Shown here in pieces: positions 1 through 7,487 of a stretch of DNA of 37,920 nt. The position numbers and the translations under genes are program-made. The notes under the pieces are model-generated. The model was given only the letters and a program-made list of their open reading frames with translations. It did no database searches and was not told the origin of the DNA. Positions within the stretch are counted from its first letter, which is position 1. The number at the start of each line of letters is the position of its first letter. The stretch is from a phage, in NCBI GenBank assembly GCA_033178465.1, contig GCA_033178465.1_4726.4; one strand, 5' to 3'.

Positions 1-3
1 ACA

Positions 4-25
4 GGCTCTCCAATGAAGGAGAGCC
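4..25 (-). terminator. Hairpin downstream of minus-strand gene 38-739
   Basis: Perfect inverted repeat GGCTCTCC / GGAGAGCC with 6-nt loop directly after the stop at 38; any U-tract would lie beyond the window edge. Confidence 0.3.
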
Positions 26-37
26 GTGACCGTCAGT

Positions 38-739
38 TTAAGATGCAGATAATCTCGCGTACTTCTGGCGAACATGGTTCTTACGGCGAACTTCGTCGTC
101 CTCGTCACGCCATTCGAGGTAAGCAACGAATCGACGTAACTGCGCCGCCGTCATCGTTGACGAGCGGTCTTCTACGTCTAGAACAACGTAACGAACGTCA
201 CCAACACCATCGCAATCAACGTAACTGAATACCAAAAGACCATCACCGTATTCAACGATGGTAACTTCGAATCGTTTATTGAACAAATAAAACAGTTCCG
301 ATTCAATGATCATCGGAATGACGCATAAATCAGCACGATTGAGGATTTCCATCATCACCCGTAACGCGCGAGGAGTATGGCGAGCGAACTGGTCGTTAAA
401 ACGTTGTTTCATCGCTTGTTCCACGCCATCTGTTTTTGTTCCAAACCACGGACGTACTACAGATTTCGGTGGTGTAAGACGAAAGCGATATGCTTGTATA
501 AACAACAGAATATCAGCGACGTTGGGAAATTCTTCCTGGTCTTCGTATATCTTGCGGATAATATCCGGAATCGTAACCATCAAGTATTTCTTATCGCCTC
601 CTACTTTCTCGAGATTAGCAATATGTCCTTCTACCACCGGCTGGTAAATGAAATTATACCAATGACGGTATCTTGCAGTACGTTGGTAGTTTGGGATAAA
701 ATTAAGAATAATACTCACTGCGCGTTTTAACGGGTTCAT
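38..739 (-). CDS. Hypothetical protein (233 aa)
   Basis: Long ORF; ATG at 739 preceded by AAGGA about 7 nt upstream; no recognisable motifs. Confidence 0.6.
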   Translation of the reverse strand: MNPLKRAVSIILNFIPNYQRTARYRHWYNFIYQPVVEGHIANLEKVGGDKKYLMVTIPDIIRKIYEDQEEFPNVADILLFIQAYRFRLTPPKSVVRPWFGTKTDGVEQAMKQRFNDQFARHTPRALRVMMEILNRADLCVIPMIIESELFYLFNKRFEVTIVEYGDGLLVFSYVDCDGVGDVRYVVLDVEDRSSTMTAAQLRRFVAYLEWRDEDDEVRRKNHVRQKYARLSAS

Positions 740-753
740 CGAAAGGATCCTTC

Positions 754-1167
754 TTATGTTTTAATATGCACATCGTCAATCCCCTCGGTAATCCAGCCGA
801 TGGGAAGGACAATCGTTGTTATCGTGTTATGGGTGTAGTGGTTGAGAAAATGGAAATAGTAATTTTTGTTAGACTGTTCGATCCTTAGGTCGAGATGCGC
901 GTCTTCAGGTAACCGTAACCAAGCACCGTACAGTTCATTAAACTTACGCTGAATTTTACCGGGGTTCATTGGAACCCCACGACCACGACGATGTAGCTGA
1001 CGTAATGATTCAATCAAACACTCAGAGATACCCGTTGTCGTTCCGTTATCGCTTGTATCAATAACGATGAACTCTCGTGACCCACGACCGAGATAAAAGC
1101 CAGCGACAAAAGCTGCAGCAACAAAAATTATCGTACCGATACCAATATACCAATAGTAAGTATCCAT
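754..1167 (-). CDS. Hypothetical membrane protein with N-terminal transmembrane segment
   Basis: ORF 754-1188; preferred ATG at 1167 (MDTYYWY...) has GAGG 5 nt upstream and lies after the upstream stop at 1179; hydrophobic stretch YIGIGTIIFVAAAFVAGFYLG. Confidence 0.55.
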   Translation of the reverse strand: MDTYYWYIGIGTIIFVAAAFVAGFYLGRGSREFIVIDTSDNGTTTGISECLIESLRQLHRRGRGVPMNPGKIQRKFNELYGAWLRLPEDAHLDLRIEQSNKNYYFHFLNHYTHNTITTIVLPIGWITEGIDDVHIKT

Positions 1168-1178
1168 AACGACCTCAC

Positions 1179-1706
1179 TTATACCCAATAGTCGGCAAGC
1201 GGTTTTACCTTATTAATGGGCAACTGTACTTTACCGATGTTCTCTACATCCGCATCTGCGTAGAGAACAATTTTATCATCGTCTCTTTCCCAACGAATAA
1301 TAAATCGACCAGGAAGAAGATTACTCTGTTCAAGAGACGCAGTAACCTGCTGCGTCAAAACAGACAACCAAGCAGGCATCAATGTTGCAATATCTAAGTC
1401 ATTTGACCACTCAGCACGTTGCTCCACTGGACGTAACATACGTTCGACGGTGCGTTGAACCGTTGCGGTGATATAGCCTTTATCTTCGTCACTGATTGGA
1501 TCAGGACGAGACACAAAACGTTCAGCAGGCTTGTGGGTAATATATTCATGCAAATCGATGAGTGGTGTTGTCATAGTACTCGCTCCATCAGAATGTAATT
1601 GGGTAACCCGCAGGGTTGTCTGCATGCTATTCAGAAGCGCAAAAGCGCCATAAACAACAACGATACCAAGTACGACCAAAACAGAAATCATTAACGTGTA
1701 TTGCAT
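1179..1706 (-). CDS. Hypothetical membrane-anchored protein
   Basis: ORF 1179-1754; preferred ATG at 1706 (MQYT...) has GGGGAG 6 nt upstream; N-terminal hydrophobic segment LMISVLVVLGIVVVYGAFALL. Confidence 0.55.
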   Translation of the reverse strand: MQYTLMISVLVVLGIVVVYGAFALLNSMQTTLRVTQLHSDGASTMTTPLIDLHEYITHKPAERFVSRPDPISDEDKGYITATVQRTVERMLRPVEQRAEWSNDLDIATLMPAWLSVLTQQVTASLEQSNLLPGRFIIRWERDDDKIVLYADADVENIGKVQLPINKVKPLADYWV

Positions 1707-1774
1707 TGTCATCTCCCCTTCATACGCATCTTGAAGATCGGTTAAAAACAACAAAAGAAAAAACGATATAAAGC

Positions 1775-1800
1775 AAGGTCCTCTGATATCAGAGGACCTT
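1775..1800 (-). terminator. Intrinsic terminator candidate (perfect 12-bp inverted repeat)
   Basis: AAGGTCCTCTGA-TA-TCAGAGGACCTT; on the minus strand it is followed by a T-rich run (complement of 1741-1774); sits between gene 1808-2464 and gene 1179-1706. Confidence 0.45.
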
Positions 1801-1807
1801 GGATCAA

Positions 1808-2464
1808 TTAGCTTGCAGCTTCTTCATTTGTATCAGGTTTGCTTCCCCCTAACAAACCGTCAAACAGACCCGTATGTTTCAGGTAGAAGAGAGCGATAGC
1901 GCCCATTGCTGCTGCGCTCGTCGCCGTTAACGCAACCCCGGCACGATACTGCCATTTACGGTCAGGCTTTTGATCAAGAGCCATACGACGCATGTATTCA
2001 GCCTCTGCTTCATTCCGATGAATTTCGGATTCAGCCAAGCGGGCTAAGGTATCGCGGTCAAGGTTATCATAACGTACGTTCATGGTGGTTTCCTCTTGTT
2101 TGGAAGTTGATTGCTTAATGGATTCTTGGTCAACAGTCGTTTCAGATGGTTCAAACGGCTGGTTGTTCATTTTCTGATCTTTATTGGTCATGATAGACTC
2201 CTTCGATTTTTGAGATGAAATTGATTTAAACCATCGTGGATGGCGGTATTCTGTTTTACATGTACAGTTAAGTTTCTCGTGTAGGAAAGCGTAAAAACGT
2301 TTTGCGCCTACACGTAAGGCTTTCAGCATTACCCATCCACGAGCACTCAAACGGTGTAGCTGTTGCGGTATGTCTAGTTTCCTAGCCAAGCGAAAGTATC
2401 TTTCAATCACTTCGATAGGAAACCATTGTTGTTCCACATCGGTGAGACTGAAAGTCTTATCCAT
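1808..2464 (-). CDS. Hypothetical protein with C-terminal transmembrane segment; possible alternative internal start at 2191
   Basis: 218-aa ORF; basic N-terminal part; in-frame ATG at 2191 preceded by a strong AAGGAG 6 nt upstream; C-terminal hydrophobic stretch VALTATSAAAMGAIALFYL. Confidence 0.5.
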   Translation of the reverse strand: MDKTFSLTDVEQQWFPIEVIERYFRLARKLDIPQQLHRLSARGWVMLKALRVGAKRFYAFLHEKLNCTCKTEYRHPRWFKSISSQKSKESIMTNKDQKMNNQPFEPSETTVDQESIKQSTSKQEETTMNVRYDNLDRDTLARLAESEIHRNEAEAEYMRRMALDQKPDRKWQYRAGVALTATSAAAMGAIALFYLKHTGLFDGLLGGSKPDTNEEAAS

Positions 2465-2495
2465 GAATGAAATCTCGCTGGCTTACTTCACTTAA

Positions 2496-2512
2496 GTAAT
2501 ATAGCCGTGAAA
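2496..2512. promoter_or_regulatory. Conserved 17-mer GTAATATAGCCGTGAAA (copy 1), candidate phage promoter or operator
   Basis: Identical 17-mer recurs at 15029-15045; both copies lie in intergenic DNA upstream of a minus-strand operon start. Confidence 0.3.
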
Positions 2513-2614
2513 AATGTTGGATTAAGTTAAATACTGCAACCGTAACTGATTTTATGGGCTTTTAGCCTAAACCAATCATCTTCGGAATCATCATCTTTGA
2601 AACAGGAACCTATC

Positions 2615-3436
2615 ATGGAAAAAGTATTTGTTTGTAAGTTGTTTACTAACGGCAATAGCCAACCAATGTACCTGACCGATCCAGTTCTAGGTAATCGGAA
2701 CAGCACCGTATTCAAAGAAGCTTTTGAGTACGCTAAAAATAAAGCCGTGAGAACACTGACGTCCGATGACTGTATCAACGGTATCACGTGGGCAGAGTTA
2801 TTCGGTGATGCTGTTAGACACTTCGTTCGGGACGCAAGAAAACGGGAAATCTGTCTCACGACTATCGTTGTGCGCGAAAACGCAGAAATTTTATCAAACG
2901 TTTTGGTTGATTTTAATGACGTTTGCGTGTTTAATCCAGAGAACACGTTTGAACAATATCTTACTGCCCTGAACAACCAGCTCGGTAAAGATATTCATCC
3001 CGAATTCGCCAAGTTAACGTATCAAGTGCTTTTTAACGACGTCGATCCAAATACGAAGATCGATACCAGCTTATCGCCCCTGGTAAAGAAATACGGATCG
3101 GTTCTCGCTACGGCAACACCCACCACCGATGGCGGTTATGATATCGAATTGGATGGTCCATTAAAAGAACAAGAGCCTACTGGGGTTCGGGCGGTACATC
3201 ACAACCTCGTCGTTAAATCTGATGGATGCGATGAACATTACGCTATGATGAACGATGAAAACAATTACCGTTTAAGTCAAGCGATTGGTGTTCTACGCTA
3301 TACCGAACCAACCGTTGTAGACGATTATACATCGACAACAACACACACCACGTGTTTCATTTTCATCTATCCCAATGAAAGTGTGTACATTACCGACTGC
3401 TACGGCAACACCGTAGATAGCTTACGTCGTTATTGA
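2615..3436 (+). CDS. Hypothetical protein (274 aa from ATG 2615)
   Basis: ORF 2597-3436 in track begins with TTG; first ATG at 2615 has AGGA upstream; followed by a classic terminator. Confidence 0.6.
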   Translation: MEKVFVCKLFTNGNSQPMYLTDPVLGNRNSTVFKEAFEYAKNKAVRTLTSDDCINGITWAELFGDAVRHFVRDARKREICLTTIVVRENAEILSNVLVDFNDVCVFNPENTFEQYLTALNNQLGKDIHPEFAKLTYQVLFNDVDPNTKIDTSLSPLVKKYGSVLATATPTTDGGYDIELDGPLKEQEPTGVRAVHHNLVVKSDGCDEHYAMMNDENNYRLSQAIGVLRYTEPTVVDDYTSTTTHTTCFIFIYPNESVYITDCYGNTVDSLRRY

Positions 3437-3442
3437 TTATCG

Positions 3443-3469
3443 AGCCTGTCCTTCGGGGCAGGCTTTTTA
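3443..3469 (+). terminator. Rho-independent terminator
   Basis: Stem AGCCTGTCC / GGGCAGGCT with UUCG tetraloop followed by TTTTT, directly after the stop at 3436. Confidence 0.75.
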
Positions 3470-3545
3470 TGCTGTTAAATATCAGGAATAAGAATTAACA
3501 AAATAGGAAAATGGTGTGAATATAACACAAAGGAGGGAGATGATT

Positions 3546-3662
3546 ATGTTACTCATTCTAATGGAGAGAGCATTGCTGGCGGGTATCTGCGCATTCTCTG
3601 TTAAACACGCTGTTGCTATCATGGCTGAAGAAAGGCGTAATACGCATAATGTATTACGCTGA
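3546..3662 (+). CDS. Small ORF (39 aa), hydrophobic peptide candidate
   Basis: ATG at 3546 (in-frame ATG also at 3540) preceded by strong AAGGAGGGAG; translation MLLILMERALLAGICAFSVKHAVAIMAEERRNTHNVLR; below the 60-aa cutoff of the track. Confidence 0.3.
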   Translation: MLLILMERALLAGICAFSVKHAVAIMAEERRNTHNVLR

Positions 3663-3771
3663 AAACACTGTGTGCATTAGTGTATGACGAGAAATCGTCG
3701 AGGCCCCCGTCTTCACGAGGGCCAACACCTATGCATGATTATCCATCGTCTGTTAAACAAAGGTTATAAAC

Positions 3772-4080
3772 ATGAGCAATTTGAACGTTGAATTTACTTC
3801 AACAACGCCTGTCATGAATGGTGTTGGCACTGAAACCAAAATCGTATTAGAACCCATTCCGGGGTTACGCGATCTCGGTGATTTTTATCCACTGATGCCG
3901 CGTATACGGAAGGCCTTAAACAGTATCGATCTTGATTCCAATAAAGATTTCCAACACGATACAGAAAATACCGATCATGTATTGCTGCCATCAGGGATCG
4001 CAAAATTCACCTACACGCAAACATTGAAAGCCTCTGATGGTGAAATCCGTCGTTTTATCGTTGAAGTAGAAAGCGCATAA
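3772..4080 (+). CDS. Hypothetical protein (102 aa)
   Basis: ORF with ATG at 3772; weak AAAGG upstream; followed by a conserved hairpin. Confidence 0.55.
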   Translation: MSNLNVEFTSTTPVMNGVGTETKIVLEPIPGLRDLGDFYPLMPRIRKALNSIDLDSNKDFQHDTENTDHVLLPSGIAKFTYTQTLKASDGEIRRFIVEVESA

Positions 4081-4084
4081 AAAC

Positions 4085-4116
4085 CATCCTCCCAACCCGT
4101 AAGGGAAGGGAGGATG
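4085..4116. terminator. Conserved hairpin at convergent gene junction (loop AACCCGTAAGGGAA)
   Basis: Stem CATCCTCCC / GGGAGGATG (9 bp) enclosing a 14-nt loop with inner CCC-GUAA-GGG; an identical loop recurs at 28864-28877. Confidence 0.45.
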
Positions 4117-4133
4117 AAATATGCCGTTAAACG

Positions 4134-4763
4134 TTATTCAACAAACCCTGCATTCAACAGATTGTCGTAAACACGATTAGCGACATCAACAGGAGAATGT
4201 GTGTTACTGGTATCTATACGCAGCGTTTTCGCGTCGCCGAGATAGTCCATAAAATCCATGTAACGATAACGTCGTTTATTGAATGTCGCTTCATCGATGT
4301 TATCAAACATCTGATGTTTAGCGTGACGAACACGGAACCGTCTTAAATACGTAGGATAGTCGATATCCAGATAAACATAGTAAGACGGCATGATAATCGA
4401 CGGTAGGTTCGGCAACAATGCGTCAAACAACTTAACGTTAGCATCATTAACCTGATAAACATACGTCGAAGCAATCGAACGATCGCTAAGCACAGTCTTC
4501 CCTTCGTTAAGGGCTGGATGAATCACCTTGTTGAAGAGATGATTACGTTGCGACATCATCGCCAACAGCTCGGTTTCCGGATCGAATCTGTTTGTTGGTG
4601 TTTGGTCTTCCAGGATAAGTTTACGAATTGCTTCTCCGTAGAGCGTACCACCGGGTTCGCGTACAACACAGACATTGTTTAAACGGCTGTGTAAAGACGA
4701 GATAACCGAACTCTTTCCTGAATAATCCAAACCTTCAATAACGATATACTTATTACGAGACAT
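4134..4763 (-). CDS. tmk: Thymidylate kinase-like nucleotide kinase
   Basis: P-loop IVIEGLDYSGKSS, REPGGT motif and DRSIASTYVYQ motif in the order typical of thymidylate kinases; ATG at 4763 with GGAG 6 nt upstream (track ORF begins at a TTG at 4775). Confidence 0.7.
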   Translation of the reverse strand: MSRNKYIVIEGLDYSGKSSVISSLHSRLNNVCVVREPGGTLYGEAIRKLILEDQTPTNRFDPETELLAMMSQRNHLFNKVIHPALNEGKTVLSDRSIASTYVYQVNDANVKLFDALLPNLPSIIMPSYYVYLDIDYPTYLRRFRVRHAKHQMFDNIDEATFNKRRYRYMDFMDYLGDAKTLRIDTSNTHSPVDVANRVYDNLLNAGFVE

Positions 4764-4779
4764 TCCCCGCTCCAATTAA

Positions 4780-6009
4780 CTACTTCGTTTTTGCCGCCAA
4801 CGGCTGCGATACTGTAATCTCTACCCGATTCTCATCAGTACGTTTAACGGTGATAAGGCTGCGTTCATCACCGAATGGTTCTGCTACCTTGGAAGCCTCT
4901 TTAAGATTTTCAAGAATCTCGCCAGAGGGTTCAAACACCGCGAAACCGGAGCTGGTGTCGGTTCTTATTAAACCTACGCGCGTACCATTTACGGTAATGA
5001 TGTCATCCGTCTTGAACCCGCAGCAGGAGGGTAGACAGAACTGGCCGTTAACGCAGTTAGCTAGGTATGCCTCACCGCCGAACATTTCTATTAACGTTAC
5101 CGGTTTAAATGTTTTCTCTGGGAAAGCGCTATTAAGAGTATCGTTTCCATTTACGAACCAGATCATTACTTTATCTTCGGAATACGTTAGCCGGTACGGT
5201 TGGGTTGCGGACGCTTGCGCTTTATGCTGATTAAATAACTTTGATTTCGTCGCAAGCACAGCACGACCTTCAGCATCAAAGTACAGAACTTCATATCTAA
5301 CACATCCGATAAACACGCGACGGTTATTAAGTTCCGGAATTCTGACTAATAACGCATCACCGTTTTCAGTAGGAACGATACCCCGTAGGATGATCGATTC
5401 ATTGTTCAATACCGAGTTGTTCACGGCGATGCTTCGCATTACCGCTGGCGTCACTATTTTATCTACTGCAGGTTCAAGTTGCTCCGATGTTACAACCATG
5501 GAGCTTTCTTCGTTTTCAACCGACTGATTAAAGATTATTTTATTAAGACAAACAATCGGTAGAATCCGGTCTACCCGCACCATCTCATCGAAAATCGCAG
5601 GAAAGCGACAAATATACGGAACAAAAACATCAATATCGTCGGTTGCTTTTTCAAGCATATTAGCATATTCAATTGCTTTAGAACGACCGTTGAGAAGAAT
5701 AACCGCATAAATAACACTATCTTCCAACCATGCGTTAGTTGTACGTCCGATAATACGATGGGTGTCTATTTCCGCGCGCTGGGGCTCCGGCGACCACTTT
5801 ATTGAGTTAACGCCGTCTACAACCACGTCAGCGCCATCATCACACAAACTTCGTATGAACCGACTGACGGTTTCCACATCGATCTGAATCCCTGTCTCCT
5901 CAATTTTCATCAGTGGAATAATGAACTCATTGTTACCACACTTCTTTGCTCCGCGAATAACAGGAGTACTCTTCTTGTTTTTAAGAGATCCCCAGATAAC
6001 TTTAGTCAT
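4780..6009 (-). CDS. Hypothetical protein (409 aa)
   Basis: Long ORF; ATG at 6009 with AAGGA 7 nt upstream; no motif recognised. Confidence 0.6.
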   Translation of the reverse strand: MTKVIWGSLKNKKSTPVIRGAKKCGNNEFIIPLMKIEETGIQIDVETVSRFIRSLCDDGADVVVDGVNSIKWSPEPQRAEIDTHRIIGRTTNAWLEDSVIYAVILLNGRSKAIEYANMLEKATDDIDVFVPYICRFPAIFDEMVRVDRILPIVCLNKIIFNQSVENEESSMVVTSEQLEPAVDKIVTPAVMRSIAVNNSVLNNESIILRGIVPTENGDALLVRIPELNNRRVFIGCVRYEVLYFDAEGRAVLATKSKLFNQHKAQASATQPYRLTYSEDKVMIWFVNGNDTLNSAFPEKTFKPVTLIEMFGGEAYLANCVNGQFCLPSCCGFKTDDIITVNGTRVGLIRTDTSSGFAVFEPSGEILENLKEASKVAEPFGDERSLITVKRTDENRVEITVSQPLAAKTK

Positions 6010-6042
6010 TTTCTGTTTCCTTCTTGGGTTTTGTACGAGTTT

Positions 6043-6657
6043 CTAACGGCGTTTTGTACCGACCTTCCCATTTCGATGGTCATCAAGAATACGCCATTCT
6101 TCGAACAAGAGTTCAGCAGCGAAATAACCTACGGCAATGCTGTCTATCGCATGCTCATCGAGATTCGCTAACACAACACCATTCTTGGGTGTGATGTTCA
6201 TGAGGTTCAACACTTTCTGGCGGACATCGTCCTTACCAACACGGGATGTCATGATCCCAACGGCGCGTTTTGCGCTTCGGTTATCAACCCCTAAGAAAGA
6301 CACCGTAGGGTCAAAATCGATAACCGTTGTCTGAATCGCTGAAAACAGTTCGCTGAGCGCCATACCGCTTTGCTTGAAACGACCGATGAATGGTGTCTCA
6401 CAAGCAACCGCTTGCGGCTGGTACTCTTGCAATAACGTTGTCAGCGAACGACGGTGTTCTTGGATACGTGCGGCACGATTACCGTATCCAAGCGCAATAT
6501 CGCCATCGGGATCATATCGACGTGAAGCGTGCCATGTCCCTGCATACAGCAGTTCAATATCTTCGACACGCACGTCCAAACGTAGTAACGACGCACCGAG
6601 TGTATCGGTGCCAGGGTCGATTGCCAGAATATCGTAAGCGTATTCTGGTGGGATCAT
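6043..6657 (-). CDS. RuvC-like (RNase H fold) nuclease, putative Holliday junction resolvase
   Basis: N-terminal ILAIDPGTDTLGAS resembles the RuvC first acidic motif; later ACETPF and DEHAIDSIAVGYF acidic motifs; ATG at 6657 overlaps the upstream stop as ATGA (translational coupling). Confidence 0.5.
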   Translation of the reverse strand: MIPPEYAYDILAIDPGTDTLGASLLRLDVRVEDIELLYAGTWHASRRYDPDGDIALGYGNRAARIQEHRRSLTTLLQEYQPQAVACETPFIGRFKQSGMALSELFSAIQTTVIDFDPTVSFLGVDNRSAKRAVGIMTSRVGKDDVRQKVLNLMNITPKNGVVLANLDEHAIDSIAVGYFAAELLFEEWRILDDHRNGKVGTKRR

Positions 6658-7466
6658 GGTGTTACAACAGCCTCTACTGACCATGGGAAGGTTTTCGCAA
6701 CAACACCTTCCAGGAAGCGTTCAACTTCCGATTGCTCATACACCGAAAGCTTTTCGAACGGCGTTTGGTCTTCGGTTAAACCTACCGCATGAATAGGACC
6801 CAAATCTTTAACCAGGGTAACTTCGCCTTTAACGCCTTCACGTTTAACGATGACTGCATGGTCATTAACCTTGGGATCGTACAGCACGCGCATCATGGTT
6901 ACTGCATCATCCGGTTCATAACCGAAATCGATGGCAACACGAGCATTCGTCCCTTCATCGTCCAGAAGCTTGCTTAGCGCCTTACAACGGTCTTCAATCC
7001 AATCCAACGCAACCACGGTTTCTTGGCGTAGCTGAACCTCAACCTCTTTTCCTTGTTCATCGATACGTTTCACGGTAACAAAATCGTGTAATAAACGGTC
7101 AGGAAGGAGAGAAGCAATAAGTTCAACGTTGGGTTCAGGTTTATCGTTTTCCAGAATGATGGTCGCTTGTGCATCCAGATGTTCTTTAAAACGGATGTAG
7201 CGTGTTAATCGTAGAACTTCATCCTGGGATTTTGCATCTTCGGGAATAATCTCCGTCATGACGTTATAGATCTTTTCAGCGAACGTAGGAATTACGGTGA
7301 TGGTAATTCGTGCTGGTGTGCCACGCTCCTGGTACTCATCGGCTAACTTCTTTGCCATCCCGTTAAAGTAGGTTTGGAGAAACGGCTGCTGCGTTAAAAA
7401 CATTTTCTCCAGATCGGAATAGCGATGCTTGCGTGCATGGCCTAGCTTCTTCATGGGCTTTTTCAT
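6654..7466 (-). CDS. Hypothetical protein (about 270 aa), translationally coupled to the RuvC-like gene
   Basis: ORF 6654-7469 begins at TTG; ATG at 7466 has AAGGA 9 nt upstream; no Mre11/SbcD phosphoesterase motifs found. Confidence 0.55.
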   Translation of the reverse strand: MKKPMKKLGHARKHRYSDLEKMFLTQQPFLQTYFNGMAKKLADEYQERGTPARITITVIPTFAEKIYNVMTEIIPEDAKSQDEVLRLTRYIRFKEHLDAQATIILENDKPEPNVELIASLLPDRLLHDFVTVKRIDEQGKEVEVQLRQETVVALDWIEDRCKALSKLLDDEGTNARVAIDFGYEPDDAVTMMRVLYDPKVNDHAVIVKREGVKGEVTLVKDLGPIHAVGLTEDQTPFEKLSVYEQSEVERFLEGVVAKTFPWSVEAVVTP

Positions 7467-7487
7467 CAACAGAAATCCTTATTTGTC

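Noticed and set aside
13-228. Plus-strand ORF of 71 aa at the left edge
   Set aside because: Fully antisense to the longer, better supported minus-strand gene 38-739; no RBS; arginine-rich product typical of antisense frames
860-880. tRNA-like T-loop sequence GTTCGATCC
   Set aside because: Lies inside coding sequence 754-1167, and the flanks cannot form T-stem or acceptor-stem pairing; no tRNA cloverleaf found anywhere in the window
2527-2976. Minus-strand 149-aa ORF
   Set aside because: Overlaps the start region and first half of the longer plus-strand gene 2615-3436 and spans the divergent intergenic region; no convincing RBS
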